A program made the position numbers and the translations under genes. Shown here piece after piece: positions 20,044 through 29,511 of a stretch of DNA of 64,000 nucleotides. Position 1 is the stretch's first letter, and every line of letters starts with the position of its first letter. Under the pieces are notes generated by a model. It did not search any database and was not told where the DNA came from. It saw nothing but the letters and a program-made list of their open reading frames with translations. This DNA is from Acidobacteriota bacterium (GTDB taxonomy: Bacteria > Acidobacteriota > UBA6911 > RPQK01 > JAJDTT01). The stretch lies in NCBI GenBank assembly GCA_965217775.1, contig CBDCJH010000002.1:1504001-1568000 (forward strand), read 5' to 3'.

Positions 20044-21162
20044 TTACGAGCGGGACCTGGAATCGAACCGGTGGATCGTCGCCGCTTCCATGGCGTCCCA
20101 GTCGATTTCCACGCCCAGGCCGGGCCCGGAAGGCGCGACGACGAGTCCGTCCGGTCCGGTCCGGATCACGTCGTGCATGCCGTACTCGTAGGGTTCCCAG
20201 GGGACGGCCTGCTCGAAGTACGTGCTCAGCCCGGTTCCCAGCATCAGGTGGAGGTTGGCAGATGAGATCAGCGTGGTGCCCCAGGACATGATCTCGCAGC
20301 GCATGCCCGCGGCTTCCACCGCGGACAGATACTTCCGGCCCCCAGTGAAGCCGCCGGCGACCGTGACATCGGTCCGCGCCGCCGTCCAACATCGGGTCGC
20401 CAATGCGTGCCGGAACGCCGTCAGGTCCTGAAGCCAATTCCCCGAGGGAAGGATCGGCACCTCAAGGCTCTGGGTCAGCTCGCGATAACCCGGCAGGTCG
20501 TAGTCAAACAGCGGAGCTTCGAACCAAGTGAATCCCAGGTCGTGCAGCTCGGCGCCGACCCGGTGGGCACTCTGCAGGTCATAGTTGTTCTCAACGTCCA
20601 ACATGAAGGCCACGTCGTCGCCGAATTCCTTGCTGGCGGCGCGGGCCAGCTCGAGGTCCTTTTCCGGCAGACACCAACAGTGGAACTTCACGGCGCGAAA
20701 GCCGCGCTCGATCATTTCTTCGACAAAACGGAGATACGCCGGCACGTCGTCCAGCATCGGCGTGCTGGCATACGACGGGATTCGATCCATTGCCCCTCCC
20801 AAGAGCTGATAGATGGGCTGTCCGGCGGCCTTGCCCCTCAGATCCCACAATGCGATGTCGATGACGGACAGGGCTTGCGGCGGAAGGGGAAAGACCCGCG
20901 GCCACAGACTCTGCCAGATCTCTTCCACCTCCGTCGCATCCTGGCCGATCACCGCAGGGATCAAGTGCCGCAACGTCTCGCAGGTGTAGCGATCGAAATC
21001 GAAGGACGTGCAATTCCACACGCCGCCGACGCCCACGTGGCCGTCCTTCGTCGTGATCCGGACGATGGTATTGGTCATGAACTGTTCGCCCAGGTCGTGC
21101 GACCACGTAAAGCGCTGCACATTGGGCGCCACGACCATGACTTCAACACGCTCTATTTGCAT
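20044..21162 (-). CDS. Mandelate racemase / muconate lactonizing enzyme family (enolase superfamily)
   Basis: IDIALWDLRGK, GFRAVKFH, MLDVEN, WFEAP, PSGPGLGVEID. Confidence 0.9.
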   Translation of the reverse strand: MQIERVEVMVVAPNVQRFTWSHDLGEQFMTNTIVRITTKDGHVGVGGVWNCTSFDFDRYTCETLRHLIPAVIGQDATEVEEIWQSLWPRVFPLPPQALSVIDIALWDLRGKAAGQPIYQLLGGAMDRIPSYASTPMLDDVPAYLRFVEEMIERGFRAVKFHCWCLPEKDLELARAASKEFGDDVAFMLDVENNYDLQSAHRVGAELHDLGFTWFEAPLFDYDLPGYRELTQSLEVPILPSGNWLQDLTAFRHALATRCWTAARTDVTVAGGFTGGRKYLSAVEAAGMRCEIMSWGTTLISSANLHLMLGTGLSTYFEQAVPWEPYEYGMHDVIRTGPDGLVVAPSGPGLGVEIDWDAMEAATIHRFDSRSRS

Positions 21163-21382
21163 GAGGACCGTCCTCGGGAAGCGACCAGGTTCTGTTGTCG
21201 GTGGCCCTTATTCTGGCGGAAGGAGTCGGGGACCGCGAGTCGGGCTTTCCTCGCGGGGAGAAGGTAACTGTCCCCTTCTCTCCTGGTTGGCAGCAGTCTC
21301 CAGAATTGTGGCTGGATCCAGCGCGCCCAGCAGACCCAAGCTCAAAGTTACGGTCAGCAGCGAGGTCGTGGGTCCCCACAGG

Positions 21383-21625
21383 CTAAGATACGAGGTCTTC
21401 GGGGAGTGAACGGGCATCCGGAACGGTTCTTTCGCGGAACTCCTTGGACACGGCCAGCGCATCCTCGATCCGGCTGACACAATCCTGCAGATGACCGATC
21501 TGTGTCTCCAGGCTGGTGATGCGGACATCCAAGCGCAACTCCATCTGTTTTACGAACCGAATCTGGCCCCGGAGGGCGGTGGCCAAGTAAAGAAAGCCTC
21601 CGACGAGAATCAGATTCCAGAGCAT
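21383..21625 (-). CDS. Small protein with N-terminal transmembrane helix and coiled coil (copy 1)
   Basis: 80 aa; open and the same length in a second diverged copy at 22896-23138. Confidence 0.55.
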   Translation of the reverse strand: MLWNLILVGGFLYLATALRGQIRFVKQMELRLDVRITSLETQIGHLQDCVSRIEDALAVSKEFRERTVPDARSLPEDLVS

Positions 21626-21897
21626 TTTTCTATTCTCGAAGTCTCTCCGGTCCTGGCAAACGGGGAGGAGATTCCATCTTGGTCCGTAAACTCCTTACGT
21701 ATTCAGTGATGCGGGGGAACTCCTTTTGGCCGAAGGATCCGCGGGAGAAGGGGACAGTCACCTTCTCTCTTCCTTTGTTTTTTTGCTGAGAGAATCAGGG
21801 ATACCTGGAATCCCAAGAAGGCACCGAGACGGGTGACATCGGTCGATTGCAGCGCCAGTTGAGATTGCCTTCCGCTTCGGCTTCGCGCATAGCGGTG

Positions 21898-22302
21898 TCA
21901 CGCGGACTTCCGCCCCTCCGTCTCGCAATCGTTGCGCACGCCAACGACCTCGGCCAGGCTCACTACTATGAGAACCGCCACAATGCCCCAGAGAACGGCG
22001 GCACCTTTGATGGAAAGAGAAAGGTCCCCGAATAGTAGCCACGCTGATAGAACCAGGGCGCCACAGAGGTTGATCACAACAGCTCCACCGAGCCCAAGAC
22101 CGCGTGAGCGGTCTGCTCCTCGCTGCATCCAAAGCGCGATGCCAATGCCGAAGAGTACAGCGCCAAGAATGTTGGGATAAAACGCAGAGCCGGGCTCTGG
22201 AATCCCGAGGAAGGAAATGAGATCTCGTGGGAACACGAGCAGGAGCACACCCAGCAGTAGGTTGATAAGGCTGTCAATGGTGACCAATAGCGAGCGGTTC
22301 AT
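21898..22302 (-). CDS. Hypothetical 4-TM membrane protein
   Basis: Four hydrophobic segments (IDSLINLLLGVLLLVFP, FYPNILGAVLFGIGIALW, GLGGAVVINLCG...). Confidence 0.7.
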   Translation of the reverse strand: MNRSLLVTIDSLINLLLGVLLLVFPRDLISFLGIPEPGSAFYPNILGAVLFGIGIALWMQRGADRSRGLGLGGAVVINLCGALVLSAWLLFGDLSLSIKGAAVLWGIVAVLIVVSLAEVVGVRNDCETEGRKSA

Positions 22303-22429
22303 GAATCTGCCCATGCTTGTACAAGTACGGTAATCACCTGACACCCGGCCTCACCGAGGTCAGGTCCCGGGAGAAGGGGACAGTCACTTTCTCTCTTCCT
22401 TCGAAGCCGGTGCCGCACCTGCCCGCGCG

Positions 22430-22799
22430 CTTGGTGCGGAGCCCGGACGAGCTCAGCGACTGGCTGTCCGCAGAAGAAGTTCGTAGAGAAGATATAGAAC
22501 CCGCGGGATTGCCCCGAACTCCGAGCCCAACCGCAGCGCTGGTATGAGAGCCGGATTGCGGCGGGCCGAACCTCCTCGCGGATGCGGGCGCCTAAACCGT
22601 CGAGTCCAGGCCCCGGGCGAGCGCCACCTCGCGGGCGCTGGGGTTCACGGAGGGGCGGAAGGGAACCTCGCACACCCGTGCGCGGTCCGGTCGGCCCGGC
22701 TCGCTCGCGTATTCGTCGGGCAACCACACCGTGAGCTCCGTGCCGACGGCCGACTTCCCGGCGGGCACGTGCCCGAGCGCTATGTTGCAGCCCAGCTCG
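22430..22799 (-). pseudogene. Duplicated 3' tail and downstream region of the aminomethyltransferase gene (copy of about 27190-27558)
   Basis: Near-identical sequence including ELGCNIALGHVPAG...ARGLDSTV*; bounded by family-A REPs at 22369 and 22805. Confidence 0.85.
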
Positions 22800-22895
22800 C
22801 GAACGGGAGAAGGGGACAGTCACCTTCTCTCTTCTGCGCCCGGCAGACCCCAGCACAAGGTTACGGTCAGCAGCGAGGCCGTGGATCCCTACCGG

Positions 22896-23138
22896 CTAAG
22901 ATACGAGGTCTTCGGGGAGTGTACGGGCATCCGGAACGGTTCCTCCGCGGCACTCCTTGGACACGGCCAGCGTGTCTTCGATCCGGCTGACGTAATCCCG
23001 CAGATCGCCGATCTGCGTCTCCAGGCTGGTGATTCGGACATCCAAACGCAACTCCATCTGCTTCAGGAACCGAATCTGCGTCCGGAGGGCGACGGCCAAG
23101 TAAAGAACGCCTCCAATGAGAATCAGGTTCCAGATCAT
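22896..23138 (-). CDS. Small protein with N-terminal transmembrane helix and coiled coil (copy 2)
   Basis: Paralog of 21383-21625; the duplicated block is about 22836-23245 vs 21323-21733. Confidence 0.55.
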   Translation of the reverse strand: MIWNLILIGGVLYLAVALRTQIRFLKQMELRLDVRITSLETQIGDLRDYVSRIEDTLAVSKECRGGTVPDARTLPEDLVS

Positions 23139-23422
23139 GTGCCTATTCTCGAAGTCTCTCCGGGCCTGGCAAACGGGGAGGAGATTCCATCTTGGTCCGT
23201 AACTCCTCAGTATTCAGTGATGCGGGGGAGTTCCTTCTGGCCGAAATGAAGAACGGGCCACCGACTCGGCGGATCGGGTCTTGGCCTCGTTTTCGGCCCC
23301 GGTGGGATCACGGGACCGAAAAGCGGGAGAAGGGGACAGTCACCTTCTCCCCTGGTTCCGGTTTCGCCACTGGATTCCCCCGGGGGGGCTTGGATCGCCG
23401 CGGCCCTGTTTTGGTTTCGTCC

Positions 23423-23708
23423 GAAGAGGCTCCGCCGCAAGCTGGGCGATGACGCGACCAGTCCTGCCTACATCTTCACCGAGCGCCAAGTCGGCTACCG
23501 CAGGCCCAGCCCCGGAGACCTGTGAGGACCCTCCATCTGCAATGGAGCTCCACAGGAGGTGACACAGACATGGACTCGTCGGGTTGGGAAAGAGAGTGAC
23601 GGCACAAAGTCACGTCCGGAGAGGGAAAGCGGGGGTCAGGGATGGGGCATAGGGCTGGTCCTCTGCTTCTGGACCGCATTTCCGGGGGCTCAGGGCTGAT
23701 CCGAGTCC
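23423..23708 (+). pseudogene. Diverged duplicate of the hybrid sensor 3' end plus downstream non-coding DNA (copy of about 17552-17837)
   Basis: KRLRRKLGDDATSPAYIFTERQVGYR...GDL* followed by about 180 nt that align with 17655-17837. Confidence 0.8.
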
Positions 23709-23822
23709 CCCGTAGGAAGGGAATCCAGGATTAGAGTCCTGCCTGTTGTTGTGAAGATGCCGCCCAGTTCACATCCTCGGTTTCAAGGGAGCGGTTCGGA
23801 CCTTATGTCCAATCCCGAGCGG

Positions 23823-26800
23823 TTACTGGGCCAAAGGCACCACGGGCAGCGTTGTGAAAATCCGCTTACCGGCATCCATCTCCAAGACCACTCCGCTGAA
23901 CGTTCCTCCATCAGGGGCCGCACAGTGCACGGAGCCTGTGAAATCGGACGTGTCGGTCTGCTTGAAGATCTGGTCGATGAAACCGGCGATCTGGCCGTTG
24001 GGCTCCATATCGATGTCCTCCTGGGCCAACATCCTGCCTTTCTGCAGCAGACTGCAGGTGACCGTCATCGCCTCCGCTTCCAGGTTGTGGATTGCCACAC
24101 CGGTATTGATCCCGTCCTTTTGGCGACGGGCCGGGAAGACGGCGGCCGTGACTGGTGCACTGGCCCCGACACCGGCTACTCCCACGTCCGGGATGTCGAA
24201 GCGCAGGACTCCGCCGATGGGTGCATCCGCTACCACTCTCACCGATCCGGTCTTCAACTCGCCCTCCCCGGTCGTTGTAATCGTCAGCTCGCCCAGCGGT
24301 TGGATCTCCTTCTCGAGGGCAACGGCTCCGCCGTCTGCGACTTCCAGATCATCCGCCCCATCCACCACCGATCCGGCGTCAACGGGATTGCCGTCCGGAT
24401 CGAAAAAGTAGATGGCGGTGCGGACCGCATTGGTCCCCACATTCACCAACACTAAGTCGGAGGCGTTGGAAGCCCCATTGGCAAAGTGGGCAAAGTCCAG
24501 AGTCAGTTCCGGACCTCCGACCGCCGCCGCGTTCAAGGGCACCACGGGCAAGGTAGTGAAGATCCGGGCAGCGGCATCCATCTCCAGAGCCACACCAGTG
24601 AACATTCCGTTCTCAGGAGCGGTGCAGTGCACCGAGCCCGTGAAGTTGGTGGTGTCGGTTTCTTCAAACAGCTCGTGGATGAAAACAGCCTCCTGTCCGT
24701 CTCCTTCCAACGTGATCCGCGCCGTGTCTCGCACGGCGCCGCCCTGCCTCAAGTGGCACGTCACCACGATCGGCTTCTCTCCCCAGTTGCGGATGGCGGC
24801 GCCAGTGTTGATCCCTGACAACCGGCGCCGAGCCGGAAAAATGGCGTCTCGGACGGGTTGGCTGGCTCCCACCCCGGCTACCCCAATGTCCGGGTGGTCA
24901 AAGCGCAGAACCCCGCCGATGGGACCGTTGGAGATCACTCTCACGGACCCGGTCGCCAGCTCCCCTCGGCCGTGGGTCGAAATCGTGAGTTCTCCCAGGA
25001 ATTCCAGCTGCGACCGGATGCCCAGACTTCCATCCTCCCCGAACACCAGACCATCCGTATTCTCGACCACCGATCTCGCCGCAATCGGATCTCCCTGTTT
25101 ATCGTAAAAGTGGAGGGTAGGCTGGATCGGATAGTCAGCCACATTCACCAACACCAAGTCAGAGGTGATGGAAGCCCCATTGGCAAAATGCGCAAAGTCC
25201 AGAGCCCATCGAAGTTCCTCGTAATGCACGTTAACCCCTCGACTATGGAGGAAAGGGATGTGCGTATTGATGGAGCGGGCGCTAAGAGGATTTTCCCAGA
25301 CCACAAGTTCGCCCAAATGGGTCAATTGTGCCAGGGGAAAGAGATCCGACACCGAATTCTCCCCAAGAGCCAAATATTGCAAGTCGGTCAAACCCGCCAG
25401 AGGGGAGAGATCCGAAATGCTGTTGTCGTAAAGCTCCAGGTGTTCTAGGACGGTCAGGCCCACCAGGGGGGAGAGATCCGACACCGAATTCCCCCCAAGA
25501 GCCAAAGAACTCAGGTTGGTCATTCCCGCCACGGGGGAAAGATCCGAAATGCTGTTGTCGTAAAGCTCCAACAGTTCCAGGATCGTCGATCCCGCCAGAG
25601 GTGTGATGTCGCGAATCTGATTCAGGCCCAGGGACAAACTCTTTAGATTAACGGCATGCTCGAGCCCGGTAAGGTCCGCAATCTGGCGAGCTGAGGCTCC
25701 CAGGTACCCCAATTTCAACATATCCAGTTGCGTTACGGCCTCCCCTGTTGCCAACCCGAGGGTTTCCCGCACCGCTGCGGCCAAATTCGCGTCCGGTATC
25801 GACACAATCTCGGGGGTAAGCAGAGCCGTGAGTTCGATTGGATATCGTTGCTCCGTGACATTTCCGTACCCATCGACAACGCGGAGCGTCACCGCATTTC
25901 CGGGGGCATCTGTCACTTCAGATGTGACAAATTCAACGGGGGCGCTTTCGCCATTTGTCGTTTGACAATCAATTGCTTCGCCGGTGCTGTTTTGCAGCTG
26001 CGCTTGATGGAGGCCGTCGGAATCGGTTACCTCGAAGCGGAGGCGGATCGAGTGCGGTGGAACTGGGAGCGGCGAGAGCATCCGAATCGTGGTTGGTTCG
26101 TCTGCATCGGGATAGGTGCGGCCAATATTGAAGTAACGATGGCCATCCAACCATTCGGCGGCACACAATGATGTGACCATCCAGTCGGTATGGTACGAAG
26201 ATGGGGTGCGCGTGGCATTTCTGAGGTGATCATGCGCCAATCCAAAGGCGTGGCCGAGCTCATGGGCAGTAACTGCAACATTGAAACAGCTCCAGCCACG
26301 TTCCCGTTGGAGGACACGGTTGGGAGCGGGCACAAGTACCGCTCCGCCTTCGGGTCCAAGGGATGCGCCTTGCCCGCAATAACCGTCGACGGTTGCGGTA
26401 CTTACATCGAGCAGGACGAGGTAGACATTCCTCGACCGGTCAAACTGTTCAGCCACTTCCGTCCAGATGACTTTGCCGAAAGCGTCCGTGTGATAGTACG
26501 CATCGTCGAACTTCCCCTTCACATGATGAACCACAGCCTTACCGATGGCATCAGTTTCATACCTGAAGGTTCTTCTGCCGAACCCATGGTTTTCCAGTTG
26601 CTCCGCGTATGATTGCTGTACGTCTTTTATCAGTGCATCCAGAATTCGGTCTATGAATGGCTCTGGTTGGCGATCACGTGGGAGAAAGTAGATCAACCGA
26701 ACTGTGCGGGGTTCGCCGACGTCCAAATTTGCCTGCCGCGTGAGGGCACTAGGAGGGCGATCATGCTCCCACTTAAGGAGGTCGACTGGCGAGCAGATAG

Positions 26801-26903
26801 GGACCTTATCGGCCGGCGAGGGCGAAGCATGGACAAACGACAGCGGAAAAAGCAATAGACTGATCAAGGTGGATGGAACCACAATTAAAATGGAGGTGTT
26901 CAT
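23823..26903 (-). CDS. Secreted zinc-metallopeptidase / leucine-rich-repeat protein with two C-terminal repeated domains
   Basis: Signal peptide; HELGHAFGLAH metzincin motif; internalin-like 22-aa LRRs (LELYDNSISDLSPLAGLT, about 25320-25700); duplicated LDFAHFANG...IFTTLPVVPL domains. Confidence 0.85.
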   Translation of the reverse strand: MNTSILIVVPSTLISLLLFPLSFVHASPSPADKVPICSPVDLLKWEHDRPPSALTRQANLDVGEPRTVRLIYFLPRDRQPEPFIDRILDALIKDVQQSYAEQLENHGFGRRTFRYETDAIGKAVVHHVKGKFDDAYYHTDAFGKVIWTEVAEQFDRSRNVYLVLLDVSTATVDGYCGQGASLGPEGGAVLVPAPNRVLQRERGWSCFNVAVTAHELGHAFGLAHDHLRNATRTPSSYHTDWMVTSLCAAEWLDGHRYFNIGRTYPDADEPTTIRMLSPLPVPPHSIRLRFEVTDSDGLHQAQLQNSTGEAIDCQTTNGESAPVEFVTSEVTDAPGNAVTLRVVDGYGNVTEQRYPIELTALLTPEIVSIPDANLAAAVRETLGLATGEAVTQLDMLKLGYLGASARQIADLTGLEHAVNLKSLSLGLNQIRDITPLAGSTILELLELYDNSISDLSPVAGMTNLSSLALGGNSVSDLSPLVGLTVLEHLELYDNSISDLSPLAGLTDLQYLALGENSVSDLFPLAQLTHLGELVVWENPLSARSINTHIPFLHSRGVNVHYEELRWALDFAHFANGASITSDLVLVNVADYPIQPTLHFYDKQGDPIAARSVVENTDGLVFGEDGSLGIRSQLEFLGELTISTHGRGELATGSVRVISNGPIGGVLRFDHPDIGVAGVGASQPVRDAIFPARRRLSGINTGAAIRNWGEKPIVVTCHLRQGGAVRDTARITLEGDGQEAVFIHELFEETDTTNFTGSVHCTAPENGMFTGVALEMDAAARIFTTLPVVPLNAAAVGGPELTLDFAHFANGASNASDLVLVNVGTNAVRTAIYFFDPDGNPVDAGSVVDGADDLEVADGGAVALEKEIQPLGELTITTTGEGELKTGSVRVVADAPIGGVLRFDIPDVGVAGVGASAPVTAAVFPARRQKDGINTGVAIHNLEAEAMTVTCSLLQKGRMLAQEDIDMEPNGQIAGFIDQIFKQTDTSDFTGSVHCAAPDGGTFSGVVLEMDAGKRIFTTLPVVPLAQ

Positions 26904-27350
26904 GTTTTCACCTGTTGATCGCAACTGCCAGAGTCGTCGCGACGGAATCTAATCCCGTCCCGTTGGGCCGCGCGCTTCCTGCTCGCGTACTGACCCGCAG
27001 AGCCTCGCCGCCCAAGATTCAAATCGGCTCCCGATTCGTCTGCCGCCCGTCGGAAAACACAGGGAAACCAGAAGATCTCTTGAACTGTGGCTCTATACTA
27101 CTCGCAAAGCGCTCCCAAAGCGGGTCAATTTCCCATTGGCGTTGTTAGAACGGGAGAAGGGAACAGTCACCTCCTCTCTTCTGCGCGTGCTCGGTGCGGA
27201 GCCCGGACGAACTCAGCGACTGGCTGTCCGCAGAAGAAGTTCGTAGAGAAGAATAGCACCCGCGGGATTGCCCCGAACTCCGAGCCCAACCGCAGCGCTG
27301 GTATGAGAGCCGGATTGCGGCGGGCCGAACCTCCTCGCGGATGCGGGCGC

Positions 27351-28652
27351 CTAAACCGTCGAGTCCAGGCCCCGGGCGAGCGCCACTTCGCGGGCGCTGG
27401 GGTTCACGGAGGGGCGGAAGGGAACCTCGCACACCCGTGCGCGGTCCGGTCGGCCCGGCTCGCTCGCGTATTCGTCGGGCAACCACACCGTGAGCTCCGT
27501 GCCGACGGCCGACTTCCCGGCGGGCACGTGCCCGAGCGCTATGTTGCAGCCCAGCTCGGGGGAGTGCCACGGCGACGTGAGGTAGCCGATCGGGTCGCCG
27601 CCGTCCGCGTCCGACACGAGCCAGAAGTCCGGAGCATAGTCGTCAATGGGGTTTCCGCCCAGCGTCATCCCGATCATGACCATCGCGAACGGACAACGCC
27701 CGGCGTCGAGCTCGGCGCGCTGGCGCTCCAGCACGGCCCGCCCGATGTAGTCTCCCGCCTTCTCGCGCGGCACCTGGTAGGCCAAGTTGCACTGGAACGG
27801 ACTCGTCTCGTGGTCGATGTCCTGTCCCCACGACAGGATCCCGGCCTGGATCCTGCGCTGGTGGCCCGGCGCGATGACCATCAACTGGTGCCTGTCCCCC
27901 GCGTCAAGCACCGCGCGCCACAGCTTCTCGGCGTGCAGGGTGGCGTCCCGAAGATAGATCTCGTACCCCTTCTCGCCCGAGAACCCGGACTGGGAGACCA
28001 CCACGGAACAGCCCGCGATCTGAGCCTCCATGAGCCCGTAGTAGGGGATGTCCCGGACGCCCGCGCCCACCAGGTCGGTCATGAGGTCGAGCGACTTCGG
28101 CCCCTGGATCTGCAACGGACAGACGTCGATCTCGTCGATCTCCACCTCCATCCGAAGCCCGATGTTCACGCCCTGGAGCCAGAACAGGACGTCGGAGTCG
28201 GCAAGCGAGAACCAGAACTCGTCCCTGGAGAGCCGCAGCAGCACCGGGTCGTTGAGGATGCCGCCCTTCTCGTTGCAGAGGATGACGTACTTCGCGTGCA
28301 TCGGCTCGATGCGCGTAGCGTCCCGGGTGATCACGTAGTCGGTGAACCGTTCCGCATCCGGTCCCCTGACCCGGATCTGCCGCTCCACCGCGACGTTCCA
28401 CAGCGTGACGTCCCGGGTCAGCGCTTCGTGCTCTGCCGCCGCGCCGCCGTCCTCGGGCCGCACGTAGCCGCGGGGGTGGTAGATGCGGTTGTACACGGTG
28501 GCCCGCCAGCAGCCCGCTTCATGCGACAGATGCCAATACGGAGACTTCCGGACCCGGGTGGAAATGAGCAGCTCGGTCGGTGTACGGCCGCTCTGGCGAA
28601 GGTTGATCGGGACGATCCTGTCGGACTGGTCCACGCTGATCGGTTGATGCAT
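27351..28652 (-). CDS. Aminomethyltransferase (GcvT/DmdA-like folate-dependent demethylase)
   Basis: VTLWNVAVERQI, GGILNDPVLLR, QIQGPKS, SQSGFSGEKGYEIY, RRIQAGILSWG; GAGGGG RBS before ATG 28652. Confidence 0.85.
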   Translation of the reverse strand: MHQPISVDQSDRIVPINLRQSGRTPTELLISTRVRKSPYWHLSHEAGCWRATVYNRIYHPRGYVRPEDGGAAAEHEALTRDVTLWNVAVERQIRVRGPDAERFTDYVITRDATRIEPMHAKYVILCNEKGGILNDPVLLRLSRDEFWFSLADSDVLFWLQGVNIGLRMEVEIDEIDVCPLQIQGPKSLDLMTDLVGAGVRDIPYYGLMEAQIAGCSVVVSQSGFSGEKGYEIYLRDATLHAEKLWRAVLDAGDRHQLMVIAPGHQRRIQAGILSWGQDIDHETSPFQCNLAYQVPREKAGDYIGRAVLERQRAELDAGRCPFAMVMIGMTLGGNPIDDYAPDFWLVSDADGGDPIGYLTSPWHSPELGCNIALGHVPAGKSAVGTELTVWLPDEYASEPGRPDRARVCEVPFRPSVNPSAREVALARGLDSTV

Positions 28653-28883
28653 GGTCGATCCCCTCAATCCATTGTGACCGGCCCGGAGCATGCGCTACCG
28701 CAACGGCTCCGGGCATCCGTGCGTTGAGCCCCCAGAGGACGTGAACTTTTCCGAGCATTAGGTGCGCTTTTCCTCCGTGTGTCAAGCACCGGGCCCGGGC
28801 CGGCGCCCTTGACAAAGCCCTGCGCTTTCAAGCACGCTGCAACGCAAGAAACCCTGTTCGGGAGAGTGACAAGCATGCGCAAT

Positions 28884-29471
28884 ATGGCAACGTCGAGCGG
28901 TACTACGGTGAGCTTCACCAGTATGGCGGACGGCACCCGCGAGGACTACGAGCTGCTCGGGCGCCATGAGGAGGAGTTCGCCGCCGGCACCGCCGACCGA
29001 GTGTTGGCGTATCTTCGCGAGTTGTCCGGTTCGCTCGCCGGCTACCAGGTCGACCGGCTGGAGCATTCTCTGCAGACCGCGACCCGCGCCTATCGCGACG
29101 ACGCGGAAGAGGAGCTGGTGGTGGCGGCGCTCCTGCACGACATCGACGACATGCTGGCCCCGCACAGCCACGGCGAGCTGTCCGCGCTGCTGCTGCGCCC
29201 GTACGTGACCGAGCGAACGTACTGGATCGTCCAGCACCACGGCCTGTTCCAGTACTACTACTACGCCCACCACGTGGGCGGCGACCGCAATGCGCGCGAC
29301 AAGTATCGCGACCATCCCTGGTATCGGGACGCCGTGGACTTCTGTCACCGCTGGGACCAGTGCGCGTTCGATCCCGACTACGATTCGCTGCCGCTGGAGT
29401 TCTTCGAGCCGATTGTGCGCCGTGTGTTCGCGCGCGAACCGTTCAGTCTGGCGCCGAGGGAGCATTCCTGA
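28884..29471 (+). CDS. HD-domain protein, PhnZ/TmpB-like di-iron oxygenase clade
   Basis: VSFTSMADGTREDY, RLEHSLQTATRA, ALLHDI, SHG, HHGLFQ, WDQCAFDPDY. Confidence 0.75.
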   Translation: MATSSGTTVSFTSMADGTREDYELLGRHEEEFAAGTADRVLAYLRELSGSLAGYQVDRLEHSLQTATRAYRDDAEEELVVAALLHDIDDMLAPHSHGELSALLLRPYVTERTYWIVQHHGLFQYYYYAHHVGGDRNARDKYRDHPWYRDAVDFCHRWDQCAFDPDYDSLPLEFFEPIVRRVFAREPFSLAPREHS

Positions 29472-29511
29472 CCGTGGAGCACGAGGATTCCGGTGATGGG
29501 CTTCTGGCCCA

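Larger units (their letters stand above)
19852..27178. repeat. REP-like family A (GGGAGAAGGGGACAGTCACCTTCTC), clustered copies
   Basis: Copies at about 19852, 21256(-), 21743, 22369, 22805, 23325, 27152; further copies at 9992(-), 17862(-, degenerate) and a variant near 39728. Confidence 0.85.

Noticed and set aside
25320-25700. 66-bp DNA tandem repeat as a DGR or non-coding array
   Set aside because: It is explained by 22-aa leucine-rich repeats in the coding frame; no reverse transcriptase is in the window.
19852-27178. Integron cassette array
   Set aside because: No integron integrase, the repeats lack attC RYYYAAC/GTTRRRY boxes, and gene orientation is mixed.
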